64,000 bases of DNA from assembly GCF_006345805.1 (NCBI RefSeq), contig NC_043012.1, forward strand, positions 40,734,001 through 40,798,000, in the 5' to 3' direction. This document shows, in pieces, positions 23,901 to 37,700 of the stretch. Under the pieces are notes generated by a model. The model saw nothing but the letters and a program-made list of their open reading frames with translations. It did no database searches and had not been told where the DNA came from. The position numbers and the translations under genes are program-made. This stretch comes from Octopus sinensis. Taxonomy: Eukaryota. The first letter of the stretch is position 1. Every line of letters starts with the position of its first letter.

Positions 23901-26900
23901 AATTAATGTGCAAGTGGCTGAGTACTCCACAGACAAGTACATCCTCCATGTAGTTCTTGGAGATTCAGCATAACTGTATGATCAAGCTGGCCCCTTTGAA
24001 ATACAGACAACTCATTTTGCCACCAGAGCGAACTGAAGCAACGTGAAATAAAGTGTCTTGCTCAAGAACACAAGGTGCCGTCAGGAATTGAACTCATGAC
24101 CTTACAACTGGCAGTTGAATAACCTAACCACAGTACCACATGCCTTCACAGAGCAACCATATAGATTCCTTGGTCAGCTTGACATGTAGAAGGTCAAATT
24201 TTGGGATCTTGGTTCAATCCTTAGCAGTAACCACATTCATTTCATTTACACAATTTTGATTCCAAGGATGGCATGAATATCACCACATCCTCTACTAAGA
24301 TGGCCACTAGTATGTAAATATGAAACAAGGACTTAAGACTCATTGTGGTTGTTTCAAATAAGCTGTTGCTAATTGCTAACAAGAGAGGCATGAATGTCAC
24401 CCAATCTCTCTCTCCCTTCCCCCTGCCTGGGGTTGTCCTTACATAAGAAATCAATCGTCACCTCCTCACCTAGAATTTCTAGATACTGGACCCCCACTGA
24501 TATTGGAGTCTTCAGATTCCAGGGAGGTCCTTTCAGTGCCTTTTGGATTACACGGCATCTTGAATTCAATCCCTGCCAAGGAATAAATAAAATAAACTTA
24601 GAAAAGATGGTTTCAAAATTTTAATATTTTCAAAACAAAAAAAAAAAATGAAAGGAAAATATTTTATAAAATTTTTAGAGTATGTAAAAAATCAGATACT
24701 GCCATCAAGCTGAAGGAGCCATGTCAAATCAGAGTGGGACTTGGTGCAGCACACCCCTGCTCCAGCTGGCCAGCTCTGGTCAAGCCGCCCAACCCATGCT
24801 AGCATGGACAACAGACATTAAATAATCATGTTTCTTTATTACCCACAAGGGCTAAACAGAGGGGACAAATAAGGACAGACAAATGGATTAAGTCGATTAC
24901 AATGTCCCCAGTGCGTAACTGGTACTTAATTTATCGACCCCGAAAGGATGAAAGGCAAAGTCGACCTCGGCGGAATTTCAACTCAGAACATAACAGCAGA
25001 CGAAATACAGCTACGCATTTCACCCGGCGTGCTAACCATTCTGCCAGCTCGCCGCCTTAGATAATCATTATCTATCAAGGTGTGTGGCTGAGTGGTTAGG
25101 GTGTTGAAACCACATATTACAATAGTGTGTTCTTTAACAAAGCACTTCCTTTCACATAGCCTCAGTCCACTCAGCAACAGACCAGTGTCCCATTCTGTGG
25201 TGATCTATTGTCATTTTATGCACCATGGAAACCAGGCAACTGCCCCGTCCCCTGAGTCCTAGGAATTATGATTGCAATATCCAACGAGGTTAACTGCAAA
25301 TATCTTCGCCAAGGAAGGACAAGTGGTAAGTCATCATTATCACCAATGAGTTAACATTTGCCTCCTTCCTGTCAATGTGGGTTGGATAAGTTTGTAGCAC
25401 AGCACATTTGCCATCCTTCTTGCTTATTTCATCATCACTTCCATGAGGCCTATTGTCATCAGTCAACATCTATTCTGATTAGCTTCCATCATGGGACGAG
25501 ACAATTGTATAAAACTCTTCGGATACAGGTAGCATTCTCCATTTTGGCCAACATATGCATAGACAGAGAGAAAGATTACAATTCATTAATTGAACACTTA
25601 CTGACAACACTTTCCACAGAAAGAGGGGCTTGGAGACATTAAGACATTACATACATACTAACACTGGGATGCTGGTCACAAACAACCTCATTCATATGAT
25701 GAGGATAACCGTTTAGAACAATTATACGGTACCCAGACAAGGGTCAGTCCATGTACATGTGACCGCACACACACACGAGACTTCATTCAGAGAAGCAAAC
25801 TTCTCAACCAGACAGAATCATATCCCTCTCTCTCTTTCGGAGAGGTACAAGTACTTACACGCCTACCAAATTCAATCACAAAGCTTTGGTCAGCCTGGGG
25901 CTATAGCAGAAGACACTTGCCCAAAGTGCCACGCGGTGGGACTGAACCCGAAACCATGTAGCTAGGAAGCAAGCTCCCTAACCACGCAGCCATGCCCGAT
26001 GCCCACACATAACTATCACAAACTTCGACAATAAGGACTTATGAAACCACACACCTTCCTTTTTCAGAGCTTCCCGGAGTCCTCGAGTTGTCGGAGTAAG
26101 AACTGCTGAGAGGGTGGAGTCATTCTTCGAAGTCTTCATCCTTTTGAAGAGCACAGTGAACTGGTGCGTACAGACGTATAGATAAGGGCAATAACCTGAC
26201 CTTAACTGACTGAATGCCGATAGGAAACTTTCTGACCTGCAGAAAGACAGAAGAAACACTTGCAAAATGAACACACACAAACGGAGAGATATCATCATTT
26301 CACACCCTTTTTTTTATGCTGGCATGATTTGGATGGTTTGAAAAGACCTGACAAGCAGCAGGACCACATCGAGTTGCAATGTCTGCTTTGGCATGGTGTC
26401 TGTAGCTGGATGCCCTTAATGCCAATCACTTTACAAAGTGTACTGGTTGCAATTTTCATGCCAGCAGCACATTGCCACACTGCAATGGGTTAGAGCAGTA
26501 CACACTAAGGTCTATGTTTTACAACTGGATGTTTTTACTGTTGTTAACCCATACCTGCTTTTGCAAACAATGTAACTTTTATTCCGCTCCTCTTTGAGAG
26601 TGCAAGAATATCAACAAATGTTGCTGTTTTTAGCTAAACACTCTTCAAATCATGTAAACATTCTCTCTCTCTCTCTCTCTGTGCTCTTGCCTGATAGGGC
26701 TGGGGTCACCCCAGGTTAGCAAGCTGAAAGGCATTGCTGTGCATAGAACCAGCCAGGTCCATTAGCGCCCCCATTGCCATCCTCCAAGGTGATGTCAGCT
26801 ACCACGGGACCTCTTCCAGCCCACAGTTGTTGTGTTGAACAAGAATAAGGCCCTGGTACGATGTATGTAAATCTATATACACATATACCTACAACAGGCT

Positions 26901-29048
26901 TCCATCCAGTTTTTGTGTATCAATCCCACTCACAAGTCACCACACAGTGAGATAGAACTTAAGACCGTGTGGTAACAAGGTGGTGAAATGTGTCCACACA
27001 CATATATGGTCTTGTGGTTAAAGAGATTTCTTTCAATCTAACACAGCTTCAAGTTCAGTCCCACTGAATGGCATCTGGGACACATCTGCTATAGCCCTGG
27101 GCTGGCCAAAAGCCTTGTTACTGGATTTGGTACACAGAAACTAAAAGAGCTTGGAGCGCACACACACGTGTGTGTGTGTTTATGTATGTGACGGTAAGAA
27201 CTGGTACTTATTGACCCCAAATCGATAAAGAGCAAAGCTGACCTCGGCAGGAATTGAACTTGATGCTAATGACTTGCAGCTCCCTGCCTGAATTGTTATT
27301 GTAGCTGCCATTTGATGTCATCTTGTCCTTATGACTTCAATGGATTACAATTATACGTTCGTCGTGACAGGGGACACAAAGCCACAGATTTGAAAAGAGG
27401 AACAGAATCAATTAAATTCTGCCAGAATGTATGACCGGTATTTATTCCCCTGGATGTTGACAACCCCCACCTTCCAACCACTAAAACCTTATACATAAAA
27501 AAGGCCAAATACTATAAGATGCCACATTAAAACACCGAGTCAGCAACCAATCAGATACAAGAAATATACAACACTATACAAACCAGTCAGATAACAGTGA
27601 AGAGTATACTTCATCTCCAAGATTGATGCTGCTTGAAGATCTGGAAATAAACAACAGCACAATACAGACAAGGAAATATGGTAGCTTGTGATAAGTTTAA
27701 TTAGTCACACCAACTCGTTAAATGCTAATCATGTCACACTTGTCTCACTCAAGCACACTTACCGACACATCAACCTTTATTTTTGTATTTACCTTGTAGC
27801 TTGACTTCACGACTACTCTCTCTCCATGTATTCACCCCTTAAGCAAGACACTTGGTCCTACCATATTGCTCCACTCAGCTAAAGGGGTCAGTCTGCCTAG
27901 TTACTCCAAGATGTGACCGACAATAGGGAAGAGCACCAAGCAGTAGAAACCATGCCAGATGCTGAAATGGCACCATCTACCGACTCATCTGTTGGTGTTG
28001 GACAGCCTAACCCATGCCAGCATGGAGAAAGGGACATTAAAGTAAGAAAGATGGTGACAGCATATAACAATTCATCACCTACAAAACACTAGTAGTCTTC
28101 TATTTACAGATACAAAAAAAGAACCATTCCATTTCAAAACATCCATATGAAGGAATAGTCACATGAATTACACAACACAGTATGACCATATCTTCATGTC
28201 ATCTGTCTCTTATTTAGATGGATCCTTTACCATTTCTTTTACTGGTTTCAGTCATTGGACCAAGGCCATGCTGGGGCACCACCTTCAAGGGTTTAATCCA
28301 ACCAACCCCAGTAGAATAAGCTTGATACTTAGTCCTTTGCCAAACTGCTACATTACGAGGACGTAAACAAACCAACATCAGTTGACATTGCACATCTGCT
28401 GCTGTTTTGTAGTATCAGTTGCACCAGCAGAAGATTCAGGATGTCATGGTTGGAAGGAGAGAAGGAGAGTTGCACCAGCACTGGCTGGGCACACAGTTGA
28501 AATCAGTAGAGCAACATGAAATTAAGTGCCTTGCTTAAGGGCACAACATGCATGATCCAGGAATTGAACCCACATACTTATGATCATGAACCCAGCACCC
28601 TAACCACTATGCCACATTTGTCTCTACATACAGACACATTAACCAAACAAATGCTACTACACAACAATATCAGACACACATTGTGAACAGTAACAACAAC
28701 AAAGAGTGAAGCCTAGTTTTGAAGTTCTTACTTTTCGTGAGTGATTCTTGGGAATATTTTCACCCAGGGAAGATTTGGGTGAACCCAATACAAAGTTTCT
28801 CTGTGAAAATGGGATCGCCAGGAAGTCTCTGGAAGTATCTTCAACTAAAATGTAGAAAATATATATATATATAAGAGGATCATATGAAAAAATGTGCAGG
28901 CTCTTTCCTCTCAAGAATTTTCCTGCTTAAAACCAAGAGAAAATATAGCAAAATTTTAAGTGATTCTCTCCCCTGAAGCACCCCCCACCATGTCTACCAA
29001 TATAGAAGTCTCCAGCAAACAGTGCGTGTACATGCATGAGTGAATGCG

Positions 29049-29086
<38 letters not shown>

Positions 29087-30306
29087 TACACACAGAGTTG
29101 GCCAAATGCCACCTGACAGTAAATCGACACTTTAATTCTAAGATTTATTTATGAACAAATTTAATAAAAGCATTGAAATATATGAAACATCATGAAAATA
29201 GTTCAAACTGAAGTCCTTGAGTGACACATTTTTCCATTCAAAACGATACAGAATTAGAAATAGTACTTATGGAATTTAGATTTACTGTCAGGTGGCTTCT
29301 TCCCAACTCTGTATGTATGTGTGTGTGTATATATACATACATATACACACACACATACATATATATACACACACACATATATATATACACACACACACAC
29401 ACATACATTCAGGCATGGTTCAGTTTATGAAAACCTCTCATCACAAACAAATTAGTTTATGAACCAGAAAACATCTCGGGCAATGAATGGTATCTGGCAT
29501 AAGAATAACTGATGACAAGCTGAGGGCACCAATAAGGGGGACATCAGTTGCCATCTTACTTTTGCTGAGTTTCTGTTTGCAGACATTTCTGGTGACCAAA
29601 CAACCTCCAAGAACAAATTAAATCAGTTTATGAGGTTTCACTGCATTGGTTAACAATGTTGCAGAAATACATCTAAGAAGATGCAAAAACCATGACTGGA
29701 ATAGTTTGGGACAAAATGACAATCCATGGAAAACCCAACAATAAGCCCCCTTGTTCAGGAGGGTACTAACATTTGCAGAAGGCATCATTTCAGGAAGTTG
29801 ACTTGCTAAATAATTGTTCACACCTTCAGCTTCTTCTGAGCTCCTTAAATTCTTGCACCAATCAAAAGATGAAGAAATAAACCGCATCTTCAGTTTTAAA
29901 CTCCAATCAAAAGGTAAATCTTGACAAAAATCTTCCTTTTTAGTTACGGTTGGAACATCGGACACCTGCAGAAAGGAGAATGAAAAGACAATGTCACAGT
30001 AAATCACAACAACAGCCTTGTATTAAAGAATTTAGATCCAAAATCACATGGCTCTGAGTTCAATCCCATGGCAAAGGACCTTGGGCAAGTACATTCTTCT
30101 TGCTATAGCCTACTCTTTTACTTGTTTCAGTCATTTGACTGCGGCCATGCTGGAGCACAGCCTTTTAGTCGAGCAAATCAACCCCGGGATTTGTTCTTTG
30201 TAAGCCCAGTACTTATTCTATCGGTCTCTTTTGCCGAACCGCTAAGTGGCGGAGACGTAAACACACCAGCGTCGGTTGTCAAGCAATGCCAAAGGGACAA
30301 ACACAG

Positions 30307-30341
<35 letters not shown>

Positions 30342-31672
30342 ACATATACACAACAGGCTTCTTTCAGTTTCCTTCTACCAAATTCACTCACAAGGCATTG
30401 GTCGGCCCGGGGCTATAGCAGAAGACACTCGCCCAAGATGCCACGCAATGGGACTGAACCCGGAATTATGTGGTTGGTTAGCAAGCTACTTACCACACAG
30501 CCACTCCTGTGCTTCAGGTTTATCAATGAAATTTGGTGGATGGAAACTGAAAAACTGTCATGCATACTTGTGTAAATAAATCATCTGGCTTTTAGACCAG
30601 GTGTAATTATATTCCTGCATGATATTAAGGGAGGGGGGGGCAACAAAAAAGAGCATCTTGTAAAGCACTGCATCAAGTGACACCCAGCCTATATCAGCAT
30701 CAAAAAATTCAGACATAAAAACACTGATGTTTTTATAGTTTTACTGTGTGGTAAGAAGTTTGCTTCCCAACCACATGATACAAGGGTCTTTGGTCAACCT
30801 CAGGCTGATCAAAACCTTGCGGATGGATTTGGTAAACGGAAATTGAAAGCTCTTCACATATGAGAGAGAGAGAGAGAAACAGAATGAGTGTGTGCGTCCA
30901 CACAACCATTTGACAACTGATGTTGACTTGGAGCAAAGATTTTTGCCAACATGACAGTCCTGGTTTAGGACAAATGCTGCAACAATCTTTACTCCAAAGT
31001 ACTGTTAATGAATATCTCTCATGAGATTTAAAAATAGCAATTCTCTGATGTTGGTTTGTTTGCATCCCTGTAACTTAACAGAAGAGACTGATCGAATAAC
31101 TAGCTGGGGGGTGGGGAGTACTAGGAATTATTCATTTGACAACACTTCAAGGTGGTATCCCAGCAGCTGCAGCTCAATGACTAGAACAAGATGAATAAAT
31201 AAATATATATATATATCTCTTATAAAAGGCAGATTTTGTCTGCCTCCCTTTGGGAGTTATACAAATCTACAATATAGGATTTCTTCTTCAATTACAATTT
31301 ACCTAGCATTTTTGAGAGTACAATGCATCGCGTCATGCCAGGTCCAGTTTTTAAAATTTAAACTCCAATTAAGCAAAATTTACAGAAAACTCACATTCTG
31401 GTGTGTGTGTCAAATGCTTTTCTTAGTCTGGTTTACACCACACGCAAACGCACACACACAGTGGGCAACGAATAAAGTGAAACTAGATGTAATATTTGTT
31501 TCTCTCTATCACGCTGATAGATACATGAGTAAAATGTATGGGAAGCTAACACATAAGTGTGAGTGAAAATGTTCTTGGAAGAGAGTAAATAGCCAGAGAT
31601 AGTGATTTGAGGAAGACTTTAAATAACCGTAGTGGCTTGTGTTAGTAATAAAGTAAACATACACTCATACAT

Positions 31673-31703
<31 letters not shown>

Positions 31704-31708
31704 TACAC

Positions 31709-31739
<31 letters not shown>

Positions 31740-34700
31740 GTATTGAAGCTTGAGAACAATCAGATACATTTGCAACACATCTGTTGAAAATATTATTGTT
31801 CACACACATACATATACATATATACATACAGACAGACACACACACACACACATGATCCAGCATGGCCACAACCTCAAGGCTGAAACATATAAAAGAATAA
31901 CAGAATATAAATGTGTGCATGTGTGTGAGAGAGAGAGTGTGTGTGTATATGTATGTATGTATGTATATATATATATAATAATGCGGTTTTTTCAACAGCT
32001 TGAACTAAAAGTCAGAGGGGAATGGGATAAACTACTTATATTAACTTGCTATAAAAGCAGGTAGTAATTTTATCTTGTCCTTATTCATAGTGCAAGTTTT
32101 GAAGAGTGCATTTCGATTTTAACAGCTATTTTTTTCAAAGCTATATTGGAACAGCCTAGAAGACGAGCCTCATCCTGAAAGATCTGTAGAACTCGACAAG
32201 GACATCCTGAAAACCTGGTGGAACAAAATCTCATCGTAACTGTTGAGGAACTAGCAGAGAAGCTTGGATTTGGTCATTCAACCATTCATTGAGACCTGTG
32301 TGCTATCGGAAAAGTCAGCAATTGGGTCAATGGGTTCCTCACGAACTTTCCGAGTCTAATTGCATGCAGAGAGTGAATGTATGCTTTTCTTTGCTGTCAC
32401 ATCTCACCACTACTGCGCTATGTATATCTATATATATAAAACTGTAGTTGTGAGAGTGTCTGTCCCCTTCGATTTAGATTCCTAACTACTCCCACATTTT
32501 GCGGTGCAGTTTAACCAAATTCGGGTAGCTTATAGTCGTGATTCATATCGAGCCCGTCTGAGTATTAGCGCGCGTCTACGATGAGTCTACGATTTAAAAA
32601 TAATTTAACATCATTTTTTATTCCATTTTAATGCATAATTTTTCGTGTGTCGATGGCGGCGGAGTTGGCATCCACGCTCACACCTGCACCTGTGGGGAAG
32701 GGAGTGTAAGGAAATCAACGTCGTAATGCGTTGTCAAGGAGACCAGCGTTCTTTTAGAACAACGACTTCATGGCTTGAAGACACCAAAACAGAAATGGCT
32801 AAGAAAGCGTCTACATGAGTCTACGATTTAAAAAAAAATTACCATCGTTTTTTTTCCATTTTAATGCATTTTTTCGCTATTATATAAGGGAAGTAACTCT
32901 CTAAAAATGTCTACGATGAGTCAACGATTTTTCAAAAAATTTACCATCATATTTTTTCCATTTTTAATGCATTTTTTGCTATTTTTTGGCTATAACTCTA
33001 AAAATGCTTATATAGTTATTTCCCTTACAAACCCGAGCAACGCGATACTGCTAGTATATATATATATACAGAGATGCAGCATGGAATCTTGTCAGTGAAA
33101 AGGACGTTGTCTCAAAGCAACGAAAATATTTTGGCAAATTAAATTTATATGTTGAAGTTAATCTAACAGTTCTTGTGTTTTAAATGGCTTATAAACACCT
33201 CCCACACTGCAATTATTTATATATATTCATTTACTTGTTTCAGTCATTTGACTGACGCCATGCTGGAGCACCGCCTTTAGTCAAAGGGGAACAAACAGAT
33301 ACCCAAATGCATATATACACACATACTTCTTTCAGTTTCTGTCAACCAAATCTACTCATAAGGCTTTGGTTGGCCCAAAGCTATAGTAGAAGACTCTTAC
33401 TCAAGATGCCACACAGTGGGACTGAACCCGGAACCATGTGGTTGGTGAGCAAGCTTCTTACCACATAGCCACTCTTGTGCCTTTTCTTCTTATATATATT
33501 AGAAATGGAAACCAAAACAATTGAAGAATTAATTTAAATCATTAAATGATTAATTCAACTAAAATTTCATTATTTTATGCAAACAAATGACGAATATAGA
33601 ATAACTTGACCCCTTTTTCCATGCTTGCCTGGGTTGGACGGAATTTGCAGAGGTAGACTCTCTCTCTATGGCCGAATGTCCTTCCTGTCCCCAACCCTTA
33701 GCAGGCAACACAGGATTGTTTGCATAACGTTCCCATACAACCATGACAACGTTAGGTGAAGGAGACAGTGCACAGATGAATGTATAAAGCCCAGGATTTA
33801 TGCATTTTTCTTGTATATCATTTAGCCACACCTATATATATATATATATATATACACACACATACAGATATGAACTCTCATCAAAGACAATGTATGAGTG
33901 TTCAGCAATTTCCCCCCAACAACATGCACAAATGATTTGTTTATAGGGATCAAATGATCGTGCTGTACAATCAGCTCACTCTCTCCATCAAATCAACATT
34001 GCCTGAACAGGGGCACATTGTACCACACGACAGAAGCAATATGAAATGAAGTGTTTTGCTCAAGAACACAACACACCAGCTGGTCTAGGAAGTGAAACCA
34101 CAACCCCCTGATCACAAGTACAACATCCTAACTACTTAGGCCATGCATCCTCACATGCGCACACACACACACACACACCATTCTTTCAGCTTCTGCCAAT
34201 CAAATCCACCCAGAAGACACTTGCCCAAGATGCCAAGCAGTGGAACTGAACCTGGAACCTCGAAGTTGACAGGTAAACCTATTACCACAGTCACTCCTTG
34301 GTAAAGTTTAAAGAACTGATAAATTGAAGTATAAACAAAAACACATTATGGTATTTACTGATTCACGTCCCTTTACACCAAGATTGGCTTAGCCATTCAC
34401 TAATTGCAGTACCAGCATAAATTAGTTTGCTTGAGATAGACAAATTGCAACAAACCTGTTCGGCACTATCTTCATTTCTTTTTGCTTTGCAGGGATCTTT
34501 GGAAAGTAAATGGTGAATGCCATGGTTGGTAGTTTTGCTTCTGAAATCTTTAACATTATTTGTCTGGAAGATAACAAAAAAGAAATTTTAAGACAGTTTT
34601 ACAAGAGGAGCTATAAAATAAATAAGTACTGGGAATATACTGGAACTTTAACAACAATGGAAAAATAAATGGAAAAGCCATCGGTCCAGATGGAGGATAT

Positions 34701-37700
34701 GTAAACGGAACCCTCCTCCCCCTTTAATTTTTTCCCCATTTCTTCATGAAAGTTTTTTTAGTGAGATACGTACAAATATAAGATTGATTCTGGAAAAGAT
34801 TGTAAAATTTTAATTTTTAAAAAAAATCACACACCCCCATTCAAGCAGGCTATTTACATGCTAGAAATAACAGCCAAATCTCACAAAACTGCGATAAGTT
34901 GTCATAATTGGGTAATTTCTGTCAATCAACGTGTATTCAGTTAAAGAAAGCTAAAATTACTCCAAATACAATTTTAATACGAAATAACTTCTAAAATACG
35001 AAGTTTCAAACTGGTCAAGAAAAATTAAAAAAGAAATGAGTCATATTGAAAAGATCCAGTCTTTTTTTAATGAAATTTTCTACAAATATCTTTCGTGTAG
35101 TATGGGAATATGGAGGAAAAATAATAGGTGGTTTGTAAAAATTCATGAGTCTGCTTGGCTTCCCTTATAACTTTTTGAGAGAAAAAGAAGGGTACTTTTT
35201 TTTTTATTAAATTTTATACAAATGCCTTTCGTGCAAATTACGATCATATTGGAATTTAATATGGGAAAAAAAGGGAAAATGCTGAAGGTGTGTTGTGGAC
35301 AAGTTCGAATTGAGCAATTTTTTTCTTTCCGTTTTCTTCTGAGAGGTAACTGTAGGAAACTTCGTTACAAAATAAAAGCTTCTGAAAGCCCGTTTCATGT
35401 GAATTTTCGATAACACTTACGCCCAACTAAAAGAAAATCCTTTCTTTTTCAAACAAATTTCGCTTTAATTAGAATCTACATTATCTGAAGCGTATCTGTT
35501 GAAAATTTCAATTAACAAAAGAAACGAAAAAGGAAAAAAAAAAACCAATCCATTTTCTGAAATTTGAGAGGAAAACCGCCCAGGGCGGAGGTCACGAGTA
35601 CAAAAGCCATGAAATACAATCATTCGACTAAAATGAGTGGCTACAGTCAAAACTGAACCAGCACCGACCATTGTTCGGGTGAATGAAAGCCAAAACAGAT
35701 ATTTAATACGCACCTCTTTCGTTGTTTCCTGGCAACTTCAAATTTAAACAGTAAAACACTTCTGAACGCGTGGACGGTGTGCGAGGATATATGTGTGTGT
35801 ATATATATATCGGGTTTATGCCCAAAATTTGCTGCAACACTCACCTTGCGCCCTGCTGAACGATTAGAAGTGACCTACTTGGTGTCCACGAAAATAAACG
35901 ATCGTGATTAAAATTGCAACTTAACCCTACCATTGATAGCTTACTAAATAGGGTCAGTCCAAACAAGTGGTTTTCAACCATTCTTTCTGGCCCAAAGACA
36001 AACCTAACTGTTTTTAACCCTAACCTTAGTTTGCTTGTAAAAATAATTTATTTACTTTGTTCGAAAAATATTATTTAATTTCCTTTTGATATGGATTCAG
36101 CCTTGAAATACAAACATAGGCGCGAGTCGTCGTAGGATCGACTACTTACGTCTAGCTAGCGCGGATGCGAGAGTGCGCGCACTGGGACCACTGTTCGCTA
36201 GTAGTACTCTCTTTACTCTTACTTGTTTCAGTCATTTGACTGCGGTCATGCTGGAGCACCGCCTTTAATCGAGCAACTCGACCTCGGGACTTATTCTTTT
36301 GTAAGCCCAGTACTTATTCTATCGGTCTTTTTTGCTGAACCGCTAAGTTATGGGGACATAAACACACCAGCATCGGTTGTCAAGCATTGCTAGGGGGACA
36401 AACACAGACACACACACGCATATATATATATACATACATATATACGACGGGCTTCTTTCAGTTTCCGTCTACCAAATCCACTCACAAGGCATTGGTCGGC
36501 CCGGGGCTATAGCAGAAGACACTCGCCCAAGGTACCACGCAGTGGGACTGAACCCAAATCAAAATTAAATACACAGAAAAGCATGAAAGTGAAAAGAATT
36601 TTGTGTTTGCCTTAAATAATAGTAAATTAAATATACTCCATTTTCTGTAAAACAATGTTTAATAATTCATGCTTGAAACGGGTTCAAATTTCCCCCGTTC
36701 CTCCAGTTTTTAATTTTGAACTTTTTCATCCATTTATTTCTTTGCCGGTCTATTTAATCCCTGTCCGTTTATTCGTAAAATATATTTGTCAACTGAATGT
36801 GGCGATCCTTAGACGGTATTTACTGTTTTAGCCCCCAAAAGGTACTATTTAAGAACAGTGGTCCCGGTGCGGGCCAGCTAGTGATGACTAGTCGATCCTT
36901 TGGGTTTCTGTTTTATTAACTTTATTTAAAAAAACTATTTACTTTGTTTGGTAGTCGTTGTAGGATCGACTAGTCACGACTAGCTAGCGCGGATGCCCGA
37001 GTGCGCGCACCGGGACTACTCTTCTTAAAGAGTACCGAAATCCAGACCGTGGGCCAGTGGTTCCCAAACGCAGCAGAAGGGAGTCCGTCACTCATTTGAA
37101 GATGATGGGTAAATATAAGGATCTTCATTAGGGAATAATAATAATAAACCCAGTCCCACTGCGTGGCACCTTGGGCATGTGTCTTCTGCTATAGCCCCGG
37201 GCCGACCAATGCCTTGTGAGTGAATTTGGTAGACGGAAACTGAAAGAAGCCCGTCGTATATATGTGTATGTGTGTCTGTGTTTGTCGCCCTAGCATTGCT
37301 TGACAACCGATGCTGGTGTGTTTACGTCCCCGTCATTAGCGGTTCGGCAAAAAAGACCGATAGAATAAGTACTGGGCTTACAAAAGAATAAGTCCCGGGG
37401 TCGATTTGCTCGACCAAAGGCGGTGCTCCAGCATGGCCGCAGTCAAATGACTGAAACAAGTAATTAAGAGAGAGCCTGCTGAGTGTTAAAAAGCATGTAG
37501 ATAACGAATATGGAGAGAAAAATGTGCTCTTTATATCAACCCAGCTAACAGACCCTTTCAATGTCCCTAAGGGCCATGGGAAAACTCATTGAAATAAAAG
37601 TAAGCACGTGCTATATTCCCTCGTAAATTGGATTTTGGGGAATTTTTACCATATTTTTTCGATTCGGTCTTCTGCACAAGAATACGATTATGCAAAAAAA

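Noticed and set aside
36000-36030. taaccctaacc telomere-like words
   Set aside because: Fewer than two full units; not an interstitial telomeric array.
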